Positions 51,412 through 62,400 of a stretch of DNA of 64,000 nucleotides are shown here, one piece after another. The translations under genes were made by a program, and so were the position numbers. Where the stretch lies: contig JADJVF010000013.1 of the NCBI GenBank assembly GCA_016716705.1, positions 60,101-124,100 of the forward strand, read 5' to 3'. The stretch's first letter is position 1, and each line of letters begins with the position of its first letter. The notes beneath the pieces are model-generated. The model did not search any database and was not told the DNA's origin. It saw only the letters and a list, made by a program, of their open reading frames with translations. The stretch comes from Holophagales bacterium. Lineage in GTDB: Bacteria > Acidobacteriota > Thermoanaerobaculia > UBA5066.

Positions 51412-53034
51412 ATGACCCTTCCCGCCTCTCCGAACCGCTGGCGGCCTGACGGACGCCCGCCGGCCTTCACGCCGACCGAGATCGGGAGAGCACTCGAGGA
51501 GGTCCGCTCCACGGCGCACGTCGTCCGCGAGGACGACGGCCGGATCGGTCTCGGTCTCGGAGGTGAGCTGGTTTCGTCGGGTGGGAGCGGCGGGGCTCCC
51601 GGGACCTTCGCTCACCTGGCTTCGTTGCCACCCACCTACCCGGAGTGGCTCGGTGACCGGACCTTCTCCGAGACGCACGGAACTCGTTTCCCCTACGTCA
51701 CGGGCTCGATGGCGAACGGGATCGCCTCGGTGCGGCTCGTCTCCGAGATGGCGCGGGCCGGCTTTCTCGGATTCTTCGGGGCGGCGGGCCTCTCGCCGGG
51801 CCGCGTCGAGGGGGCGCTGGACGAGCTGCGGCGCGAGCTGGGCGATGCGGGCCTTCCCTGGGGCGCGAACCTGATCCACAGCCCGAACGAGCCGGCGCTC
51901 GAGGAGGCCGTGGCCGATCTCTACCTCCGCCGGGGTGTCGCGCGCGTGGAGGCCTCGGCCTACATGGCGCTGACGCCCTCCGTCGTCCGATACGCGGCGA
52001 CGGGCCTGACGACCGACCCCACCGGGAGGACCCGGCGGAAGAACCACCTCTTCGCGAAGATCTCGCGCGAGGAAGTGGCGATTCGCTTCCTGGAGCCCCC
52101 GCCGGCGGAGATCCTCCGGACGCTGGTCGAGCGCGGCCAGCTGACGGCGGCGGAGGCGCGCCTCGCCGAAGCGCTGCCGCTGGCGGAAGACCTCACCGCC
52201 GAGGCCGACTCCGGCGGCCACACCGACAACCGGCCGCTGACCGCTCTCCTCCCCGCGATCCTGCGCCTCCGCGACCGGGTCGCCGCCGAGCGCGGCTACC
52301 GGCAGGCGGTGCGCGTGGGCGCGGGCGGCGGCCTCGGAACGCCCTCGTCGGTGGCGGCGGCGTTCGCCCTCGGCGCGTCGTACGTCGTGACCGGCTCGGT
52401 GAACCAGGCCTGCGTCGAGAGCGGCCTCCACGAGAGCGGCCGGGCGCTGCTCGCCGAGGCGGGGATCGCCGACGTGATCATGGCGCCCGCGGCCGACATG
52501 TTCGAGCTGGGCGTCACGGTGCAGGTGCTGCGCCGGGGGACGATGTTCGCCGTCCGGGCGAAGAAGCTCTACGAGCTCTACCGCTCCTGGCCGTCCCTCG
52601 AGAGCATCCCGGCCGCCGAGAGGGAGAAGGTCGAGACGCAGCTCCTCCGGGCGACCTTCGCGGAGGCGTGGGAGTCGACGCGCGCCTTCTGGGCCGCCCG
52701 CGACCCGCGCGAGGTGGCGAGGGCCGAAGCCGACCCGAAGCACCTCATGGCGCTCGTCTTCCGCTCGTACCTCGGCCTCTCGAGCCGCTGGGCCATCGCG
52801 GGCGAGCCGGACCGCGGCACCGACTTCCAGATCTGGTGCGGGCCGGCGATGGGCGCGTTCAATTCGTGGGTGCGCGGCAGCTTCCTGGAGAAGCCCGACG
52901 CCCGGACCGCCGTCCAGGTCGCCCGCAACCTGATGGAGGGCGCCGCCGCGGTGACGCGCGCGCAGCAGCTCCGCGCCTCGGGCCTCGCCGTCCCTCCCTC
53001 CGCCTTCGACTTCCGCCCCCGTCCTCTCGCCTGA
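51412..53034 (+). CDS. pfaD: PfaD-family trans-acting enoyl reductase (FMN-dependent, nitronate-monooxygenase-like) of a PUFA-synthase-type cluster
   Basis: 540 aa, matching the TIGR02814-like PfaD pattern (…FPYVTGSMANGIASVRLVSEMARAGFLGFFGAAGL…, EASAYMALTPSVVRYAATGL, GGGLGTPSSVAAAFALGASYVVTGSVNQ). It lies immediately upstream of the KS-AT-ACP megasynthase. Confidence 0.8.
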   Translation: MTLPASPNRWRPDGRPPAFTPTEIGRALEEVRSTAHVVREDDGRIGLGLGGELVSSGGSGGAPGTFAHLASLPPTYPEWLGDRTFSETHGTRFPYVTGSMANGIASVRLVSEMARAGFLGFFGAAGLSPGRVEGALDELRRELGDAGLPWGANLIHSPNEPALEEAVADLYLRRGVARVEASAYMALTPSVVRYAATGLTTDPTGRTRRKNHLFAKISREEVAIRFLEPPPAEILRTLVERGQLTAAEARLAEALPLAEDLTAEADSGGHTDNRPLTALLPAILRLRDRVAAERGYRQAVRVGAGGGLGTPSSVAAAFALGASYVVTGSVNQACVESGLHESGRALLAEAGIADVIMAPAADMFELGVTVQVLRRGTMFAVRAKKLYELYRSWPSLESIPAAEREKVETQLLRATFAEAWESTRAFWAARDPREVARAEADPKHLMALVFRSYLGLSSRWAIAGEPDRGTDFQIWCGPAMGAFNSWVRGSFLEKPDARTAVQVARNLMEGAAAVTRAQQLRASGLAVPPSAFDFRPRPLA

Positions 53035-53080
53035 CCCTTCTTCCAGCTGCTTACCGGATTCGTCCGATGCCGAGGCCAGA

Positions 53081-56000
53081 ATGACCCACGATCCCGCCCG
53101 GAACCTCCCGCCCATCGCCGTCGTCGGCGTGAGTGCCCTCTTCCCCGGCTCCACGGATGCCACCGGTTTCTGGAAGGACATCCTCGCCGGAACGGACCTG
53201 ATCCGCGACGTCCCCCCGAGCCACTGGCTCGTCGAGGACTACTTCGATCCCGACCCCTCCGCGCCGGACAAGACTTACGCAAAGCGGGGCGCGTTCCTCG
53301 ACCCGGTCGACTTCGACGCCCTCGGCTGGGGCGTTCCCCCGTCGACGATCCCGGCGACGGACACGGCGCAGCTCCTCGCCCTCGTCGTCGCGCAGAAGGT
53401 CCTCCAGGACGCCCTTCGCGAGCAGTTCGAGACGGCGGACCGCTCCCGCGTCTCGGTGATCCTCGGCGTCACGAGCGCCCAGGAGCTCCTCTCCACGATG
53501 ACGAGCCGGCTCCAGCGGCCGGTCTGGGTGAAGGCGCTCCGCGAGTCGGGCCTGCCCGAGGCCGAGGTGACGGCGATCTGTGACCGGATCGCGAACCACT
53601 ACGTGCCGTGGCAGGAGTCGACCTTCCCGGGCCTCCTCGGGAACGTCGTCGCGGGGCGGATCGCGAACCGCCTGAACCTGGGCGGCACGAACTGCGTCAC
53701 CGACGCGGCCTGCGCTTCGACTCTCAGCGCGCTCTCGATGGCCGTCGCCGAGCTGCAGCTGGGGCACAGCGACCTCGTCATCTCGGGCGGCGTCGACACG
53801 CTGAACGACATCTTCATGTTCATGTGCTTCTCGAAGACGCCGGCGCTCTCGCCGACCGGCGACTGCCGGCCGTTCAGCGACAAGGCCGACGGCACGATGC
53901 TGGGCGAGGGGCTCGGGATGGTCGCCCTCAAGCGCCTCGCCGACGCCGAGCGCGACGGCGACCGGATCTACGCCGTGGTGCGCGGCGTTGGCTCCTCCTC
54001 GGACGGCCGCTCCAAGAGCGTCTACGCGCCGGTGCCGGCGGGGCAGGCGAAGGCGCTCGACCGCGCCTACGAGCTGGCGGGGTACGGCCCCGGGACCGTC
54101 GAGCTGGTGGAAGCGCACGGGACCGGGACGAAGGCCGGCGACGTCGCCGAGTTCGAAGGGCTCCGGATGGTCTTCGACGGCGCGGGGCGCGACGACCGCC
54201 AGTGGTGCGCGCTCGGCTCGGTGAAGAGCCAGATCGGCCACGCGAAGGCGGCGGCGGGCGCGGCGGGCCTCTTCAAGGCGATCATGGCGCTCCACCACGG
54301 CGTGCTTCCGCCGACGATCAAGGTCGACGCCCCGAACCCGAAGCTCGGCCTCGAAGAGAGCCCCTTCTACCTGAACACGAAGGCGCGGCCCTGGGTGCGC
54401 GATGCTCGTCACCCGCGCCGGGCCTCGGTGAGCGCGTTCGGCTTCGGCGGCTCCAACTTCCACGTGGCCCTCGAGGAGTACCAGGGACCGGCGCCCCGCG
54501 CACAGCGGCTCCGGACCCTCGCGAGGGAGCTGGTCGTCGTCTGCGGGGACGACCCGGCTCAGGTCGCGGCGAAGGCGCGGGAGCTCGCGCGACAGGCGAC
54601 GGGGGCCGCGGGCACCGCTGGAACAGCAGGGGCAGCGGAGGTCCGCCGGCTTGCGCGGCTCGCCCACGAGAGCCAGGAGTCCTATCGCCCAGAAGCGCCC
54701 GCGCGCCTCGCCGTTCTCGCCTCGGACGTGAAGAGCCTGGAGACGAAGCTCGTCGAGGCCGCGAAACGGATCGAAGCCGCGCCCGGCGAAGCCTTCGCGC
54801 TGCCGGACGGCTCCGCCTACGGGGTGGGACCGTGCGACGGCAAGCTCGCCTTCCTCTTCCCGGGGCAGGGGAGCCAGTACGTCGGGATGGGCGCCGGCCT
54901 CGCCATGGAGTTCCGCGCCGCGCTCGGGGTCTGGGACCGCGCGGCGAACCTCGACCTCGAGCCGGGAGGCTCGCTTCACGACACGGTCTTCCCGCGGCCC
55001 GGGTTCGGCGAGGAGAAGCAGAAGAGCGACCTCGCGAGGCTCACGGCGACGCATTGGGCGCAGCCGGCGATCGCCTGCGTCTCGCTGTCGCAGCTGGCGC
55101 TGCTGGAAGCGATCGGGATTCGGGCCGATCTGACCGGGGGGCACAGCCTCGGCGAGGTCGTGGCCCTTCGCGCGGCGGGCGTCCTTTCGAGCGACGCGGA
55201 CCTCCTCACCGTGGCGCGGCGCCGGGGAGAGCTGATGGCCGAGGCGGCCGCGATTCCGGGCGCCATGACGGCCCTGAGCCTGCCGGTCGGAAAGGTTCGC
55301 GACCTCCTCGCCCGCCTCTCACCACGCGTCGTCGTCGCCAACCACAACGGCCCGACGCAGGTCGTCGTCTCCGGGGCCACCGCCGACGTCGCCGACCTCG
55401 AGGCGAAGCTCTCCGCCGAGGGGATCTCGTTCCAGCGGCTCCCCGTCGCCACCGCGTTCCATTCCGGGCTCGTCTCCGGTGCCTGCGAGCCGTTCGCCCG
55501 TTTCCTTTCGGACGTCCCGTTCGAGGCCCCGCGACTGCCCGTCTACTCGAACGCCCTCGCCGCCCCGCACGGCAGCGACCCCGACGTCCTGCGCTCCGCC
55601 CTCGCGAGCCAGATCGCGAGCGAGGTCCGCTTCGTCGAGATGGTCGAGGCGATGTACGCCGCCGGGGCCCGCACGTTCCTCGAGGTCGGCCCCGGCTCGG
55701 TCCTCACGGGACTGCTGGGACGCATCCTCGACGGGCGGCCCCACCTCGCCGTGAATCTCGACCGGAAGGGGAGGGACGGCGTCGAGTCGCTCCAGCTCGC
55801 GCTGGCGCGGCTCGTGGCCGCGGGCGTGGAGATGTCGCCCGCGAAGCTCTTCTCCGATTCGCGCCTGCCGCAACAGGAAGCGGCATCTACGGCCTCGAAG
55901 CTCGCCGTCTCGATCAACGGCAGCAACCACGGAAAGCTCTATCCCCCGCCGGGCGGCGCCGCGTCGCTCCCCGCCCCGAATCCGCCGCGACCGGTGCCGC

Positions 56001-59000
56001 CCGTGCTGCAGGCCGCGCCCGCTCCGGCGATCCCCGCTGCCGCCGTCCCCCGGGAGGACCCGTTGAAGCACGAGACCGCGACGCCCGCCGCCCCGCCTCC
56101 GTCCCCGGCCGCCACTGCCCGTCCCGTGGTCCTGGCCGGTTCGCCCTCGGAGTGGGTCCTGGCCTTCCAGGAGACCCAGCGGCAGACCGCCGAGGCGCAC
56201 GCCGTCTACCAGCGGGCGATGGCCGAGAGCCACTCCTCGTTCCTGCGCGTCGCGGAGTCGGGAATGCTCGGCCTCACCGCGATGGTGACGGGCCAGCCCC
56301 TGTCCGTTCCCGGGCCGCAGCTGGCAAGGGAGATCGCGCCGCGATATGCCCAGGAGCCGCCAGCGCCCGCGTGGGCCCCGGCTCCGGTCCAGGTGCAGTT
56401 TCCGGCTTTCGTGCCTGTCGCTGCCGCGGTCGAGGCGCCGAAGCCGTTTGCGGCGCCGTTCGTGCCGCCCGTCGCGTCATCGATCGTCGAGCAGCCCGTT
56501 CCCGCCGCGCAGTCCGTCGCGACAGTCCCCGCTCCGGTCGCGAAGCGCACCGACAGCGACCTCCAGGCCCTGATGCTGTCCGTCGTGGCCGAGAAGACGG
56601 GCTACCCGGCCGACATGCTGAACCTCGCGATGGACCTCGAGGGCGACCTCGGGATCGACTCGATCAAGAGGGTCGAGATTCTCTCGGCGGTGGCCGATCA
56701 GGCGCCGGAGCTGCGCTCGGTGGACATGGGGCACATGGGGTCGCTGCGCACCCTCGGCGCCATCGTCGAGTACATGAAGAGCCTCGGCCCGCAGGACGCG
56801 GCGGATTTCGCGACGAGGCGGACGGCCGTTTCCGACGTCGACCTGCAGGCGTTGATGCTGGCGGTCGTCGCGGAGAAGACGGGCTATCCGGCCGACATGC
56901 TCAACCTCGGGATGGACCTCGAGGGAGACCTCGGGATCGACTCGATCAAGCGGGTCGAGATCCTGTCGGCGGTGGCCGACCAGGCGCCGGAGCTGCGCTC
57001 GGTCGACATGGGGCACATGGGATCGCTGCGCACCCTCGGCGCGATCGTCGAGTACATGAAGGGCCTCGGGCAGCCGGGGCTGGCCGCTGCCGCGGCGACG
57101 CCCGTTGCGGTCCCGGCCGCGTCCGCGCCCGGTGTCTTCGGCGGGCCTGGTCAATGTGGCGGAAGCGACGAAAGCCGCACCGCGTCTCGGCCGTTTCGTC
57201 CTGGAGAGGATCGCGGCCCCGACCACCGGTCTCGCCCAGCCCGGGCTCCTGGGCGGCGGCGAGGTCTGGGTGACGGGCTCGGACGAGCTGAACGAGCCGC
57301 TGGCCGCCGAGCTGCGCGCCCGCGGCGTGAATGCGAAGGCCACCTCGAGCCTTCCCTCCGGAGCGACGGCCTGCATCTACCTCGGCGGCCTGCGGGACGT
57401 GGCGGACGTCGACGAGGCGATCGCCGTCAACCGCGAGGCGTTCGCCCTCGCGCGCACCCTGGCGGTCCGGCTCGAGAAGGAACGCGGCCTCTTCGTGACG
57501 GTGCAGGACACGGGCGCCGCCTTCGGAATGGCCCCGATGGACGCGCGCCGCGCGTGGCTCGCGGGCCTCCCGGCCCTCGTGAAGACCGCCGGCCAGGAGT
57601 GGCCGCACGCCTCCCTGAAGGCCATCGACCTCGAACGGGGCGGCCGCGGGCCGGAAGCGCTCGCGAAGGCTCTGGCGACCGAGCTGCTCGAAGGGGGCGG
57701 CGAGGCGGAGGTGGCGCTCCCCGCCTCCGGAGGCCGGTTCACGCTGCGCAGCGTGGAGAGGTCCGTCGCGAAGGGAGAGCCGGTGATCGTTCGCGGGGAC
57801 GTCGTCGTCGTCTCGGGCGGCGCCCGGGGCGTCACGGCGGCCTGCATCGAGGAGTGGGCGCGCGAGAGCCGCGCGCGGTTCGTCCTCCTCGGCCGGACGC
57901 CCCTCGCGCCGGAGCCCGCCTGCTGCGCGGGCGTCGCGGACGAGCCGGGCCTGAAGAAGGCGCTCCTCGCCGAGGCCCGGAGCCAGGGTCAGAGCCCCGC
58001 TCCGGCCGAGCTGGGGGCCCGGGTCCACGAGGTGCTCTCCAATCGCGAGATCCGCCGGACCCTCGCGGCGATCCAGGCCGCGGGGGGCGAGGTGCGGTAC
58101 GAGGCGGTGAGCGTCGAAGACGCCGGGGCGCTGGGCGGCGTCCTCGCCCGCGTTCGCTCCGAGTGGGGCCCCGTCGCCGGGCTGGTCCACGCCGCGGGCG
58201 TCCTGGCCGACCGGAGGATCTCCGAGAAGACGGACGAACAGTTCGACCGCGTCTTCGACACGAAGGTGAAGGGGCTTCTCGCGCTCCTCGCCGCGACCGC
58301 GGACGACCCGCTGAAGCTCCTCTGCGTCTTCTCGTCGGTTTCGGCCCGCTGCGGCAACAACGGCCAGGCCGACTACGCCATGGCGAACGAGGTCCTCGCG
58401 AAGGTCGCCTGGGCCGAGTCCCGTCGCCGGCCGGAGATGCTCGTGAAGTCGTTCGGGTGGGGACCCTGGGAGGGCGGGATGGTGACGCCCCAGCTGAAGG
58501 CGCGGTTCGCGTCGCTCGGCGTCCCAATGATCCCGCTCGCCGTCGGGGCCCGCATGTTCGTCGACGAGGTCCGCGGCGCGCAGACCGCGGAAGTGGAGCT
58601 CGTCCTCGGGGGAGAACCGAAGGCGGAAGCGCTCCTCTTCGCGGGCGCCGAGGCCCGGGTCCAGGAGCTCGAGCTGAAGGTCCAGCGGGGGAGCCACGGC
58701 TACCTCGAAGGGCACGCGATCAAGGGAATTCCCGTCATCCCCGTCGTCCTCGCGGCCGAGTGGCTCTCGCGTGCGGCCCGCTCATTCCGGCCCGGCCTGG
58801 TCCTCGCCGCCCTGCACGACATCAAGGTCCTCAAGGGAATAAGGCTCGGAGGGTTCGACAACGGGGGCGACCGGTTCGTGATCGAGGCGCGTCCGATTCC
58901 GAGCAGCCGGGGCGCCCAGCTGCAGCTGGACGTCCGCGGCTCGGGCGGGACCCACCACTACAGCGCCCGGGCCGAGCTGCTCTCGGAGCTCGACGCCCAG

Positions 59001-59462
59001 GGCCCGGCGCTGCCCCAGCTCGAGCTCGGGGAGTGGTCCGGGGAGCCGATCTACGGCGACCTCCTGTTTCACCGCGGCGCCTTCGAGCTGATCGAGCAGG
59101 TCGACGGGATCTCCGACCACGGGGCCGGAGGACGCGTCCGGGGCGTCGAGCGCGCGGGCTGGCCGAACGGCTCGGCGAATCCCTGGCAGCTCGACGTGGC
59201 GGCTCTCGACGGAGGGCTGCAGGTCGCGGTCCTCTACGCGCAGCGGATGCTCGGGCGGGACAACCTGCCGACGACGATCGGAGAGCTGCGGCCGTACAGG
59301 TCGTCTCCCGCGCCGGGCGTCGTCAACGTGGCGGCCTACCGCCGCAAGGTGGGGAGCCACGGGGTCACGACCGACATCCACTTCACCGACGAGAAGGGCG
59401 TGCGGCTGGCGGCTCTCCTCGGAGTCGAGAACCACGCGTTGCCGGCCGGCAGCCAGGCCTGA
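53081..59462 (+). CDS. pfaA: PfaA-type multidomain iterative PKS/FAS with domain order KS - MAT - ACP - ACP - KR - DH(PKS-type); one apparent frameshift near 57140
   Basis: KS: DAACASTLSAL (Cys), EAHGTGT, GHAK. AT: FLFPGQGSQY, GHSLGE, AFHS (malonyl-type). Two near-identical ACPs: LEGDLGIDSIKRVEILS twice. KR: VVVVSGGARGVTAACI...YAMANEVL. PS-DH: LEGHAIKGIPVIPVV. The 6.4-kb reading frame is continuous except for one shift. Confidence 0.85.
56558..57069 (+). repeat. tandem direct repeat of two ~231-bp units (281-bp period) encoding two near-identical ACP domains
   Basis: Unit 1 (56558-56788) and unit 2 (56839-57069) are identical at most nucleotide positions and differ mainly at synonymous sites. 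Confidence 0.8.
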
Positions 59463-59466
59463 CCTC

Positions 59467-62400
59467 GTGGCCTTCGCCCCGATCGCCATCGTCGGGCGGT
59501 CCTGCGTCCTGCCGGGCGCCCTGGACCCGTCCGCGCTCTGGGAGCTCGTCGCCGCGGGGCGCGACCTCGTCGGCCCGGCCCCGCAAGGACGCTGGGGGCT
59601 CGACCCGGACCAGATCCTCCGTCCGTCCGGCCCGGCCCCGGACGGCTCCTGGTCCGACCGGGGCGGCTACGTTTCCGGGTTCGAGACGATCTGGGACCCG
59701 TCGGGGTTCGGGGTTGGCGAGAAGGAGCTCGAAGGGCTCGACCAACTGGTGTACTGGGTCCTCCACACGGCCCGGGAGGCGCTGAGAGACTCGGGGGACG
59801 AGAAGTCCGGGCTCGCGCACGCGACCGCCACGGGCGCGGCCGCCCGGCCACGGACAGGGGCCGTCTTTGGCAACCTCGGTTTCCCTTCCGAGGGGATGGC
59901 CGCTTTCGCGCGGAGCGTCTGGACCGGAAACGGCACCGGCGGAGGGGGTGCCGCCGTCGACCCGCGGAACCGGTTCATGAGCGGCGGGACCGCCGCTCTC
60001 CTGCGCCGCGCGCTGGGGCTGGGAGCGGGCGCCTTCTGCCTCGACGCCGCCTGCGCGAGCTCGCTCTACGCCATCAAGCTCGCCTGCGACCGCCTCCACG
60101 ACGGCGAGGCCGACGTGATGCTCGCGGGCGCCGTGCAGCGCGCCGACGACCTCTTCCTGCACGTCGGGTTCACCGCTCTCGGCGCCCTGAGCCGGAGCGG
60201 CCGCTCGCGCCCCTTTCACAGGGGAGCCGACGGCCTCGTCCCCGCGGAGGGCGCCGCCTTCGTCGTCCTGAAGCGGCTCGGCGACGCCCGGCGGAACGGC
60301 GACACGATCCACGGCGTCATCCGGGGCGTGGGCCTGTCGAACGACGGGCGCGGCAAGGGGCTCCTCGCCCCGTCCGAGGAAGGGCAGGAGCGGGCCATTC
60401 GGGCCGCGTACGCGGAGGCGGGATTCGGTCCGGAACGGGTCTCCCTGATCGAGGCGCACGCCACGGGGACGCCGATCGGAGATGGCGCGGAGATCCGCAG
60501 CACGGGCGCGGTCTTCGCGGGGCTCTCCGGCGTGCCGCTCGGGTCGCTCAAGTCGAACCTGGGGCACCTGATCACGGCCGCCGGCGTGGCCGGCCTCCTG
60601 AAGGTGCTCGGGGCGATGAAGGCAGGAATGCGGCCGCCCACGCTCCACGCGGGGGAACCGCTCGACGCGCTCGCAGGCTCGCCCTTCCGGCTCGTCGAAC
60701 GGCTCGAGCCCTGGACGTGCGAAGGGCCGAGGGTCGCCGCGGTCTCGGCGTTCGGCTTCGGCGGGAACAACGCCCACCTGATCGTCTCGGAGGACGACCC
60801 GGAGCTGGAGCGAACGAGCGGTGCACGGGATGCGGCGACCTCGGCCGCGGCAGCCGCGGCAGCCGGGAGTTCGAAGCCTCCCGTCCTCGCCGTCGTCGGC
60901 CTCGGCTGCGCCGTGGCGAACGCCCCGAATCGTCCGCGATTCGCCGAGGTCCTCTTCTCGGACGCGAGCCTTCTCGACGCGCGAGGCGAAGGCCGCTTCG
61001 GTCCCGTCGAGCTCGACCTCGAGGGGCTTCGCTTTCCACCGAAGGACCTCGGCCAGACGCTGCCACAGCAGCTCGCCACGCTCCGGGCCGCCTGCGAGGC
61101 GCTCGCCGGGAGCAGTGCGCTCCCGCGCGAGCGGACCGGGATCTTCGTCGGAATGGAGCCCGACCCCGAGGTGGCCCGGTGGGGTGCGCGCTGGCGCCTG
61201 GCCCGCACGGCCCGCGAAGCCGGGGCCTCGACGGAGTGGCTGCAGGAAGCGCGCGACGCGGTCGTCCCCGTCCTCGAAGCGGCGTCCGTCGTCGGCACGA
61301 TGCCGAACATCCCGGCGAACCGGCTCAGCTCCCAGCTCGACCTGGGGGGGCGCGCGTTCACGGTCCAGGCGGGAGAGGCGTCGGGAACGGTGGCCCTCTC
61401 TCTCGCGATGCGGGCCCTCTGCAGCGGCGAGCTGGACGCGGCGCTCGTCGGCGCCGTCGACCTCTCCTGCGAGAGCGTCCACAGGAGCGCGATCGAGGCC
61501 CTTGCCGGCGAGGGGACGGCAAGCCCGGCCGGAGACGCCGCGGTGGTCCTCGTCGTCAAGCGACTGGAGGATGCCGAGCGGGACGGCGACCGCGTCTACG
61601 CGCTGATCGAAGAGATCGAAGGGGCCAAGCAACGAGAAGAAGGTCACGAGATAGAGGCGCGAGGGGAGCCGGTAAAGCTTCTCGACCTCGTCGGCGAGAC
61701 ACCGGTGAGCCTCGTGTCGCGCTTCGGGCACTCCTACGCCGCGTCGGACCTCGTCCACGTCGCCGTCGCTGCCCTCAGCCTCCACCACCGCAGGCTTCCC
61801 GGGGGACGGCCCTGGCTGCCGTCCAGCCCCTCGGCCCGCGTGGCGCGCGTCGGGGTGGCGGGTGGCCCGCGGATCAAGCTAACGGAGGCCCAGGGTCACC
61901 CGCGCTGCGCCGAGGACGACGCCCCGCGGCTGCGCTGCTACTCCGGACCCGATCGCGCGGCTGTGATCGACGCGCTTCACAGCGGCCGCGAGGGCCTCGG
62001 CGAGGAAGATCCTGTCCGCCTGGTCCTCGTGGCGACGGAAGGCTCCTTCGAAAGCGTGCGGGTGCGGGCCCTGTCGCATCTCGAGACGGGCGCTCCCGCC
62101 GGTCCCGGAATCCACTTCCGCGAGCGGCCTGTGAACGGCGACGTCGCCTTCGTCTTTGCCGGCGCCGGCGCCGCCTATCGCGGCATGGGACGCGACCTCC
62201 TCGAGCGGCTCCCGGGGCTCGCAGTCTCCCTCGCTCGCCGCAGCCGCAGGCTCCCACGCGCGCTCGCCTGGTCCTTCGAAGACGACGCCCGCGAGCCGGC
62301 GGTCCTCGAGCAGCTCTGGGGGGCCTCGGCTCTCTGCCAGCTCCACGCCGAGCTGACGCGGGGGTTCCTGGGGCTCGAGCCCCACGCCTGGATGGGGTAC

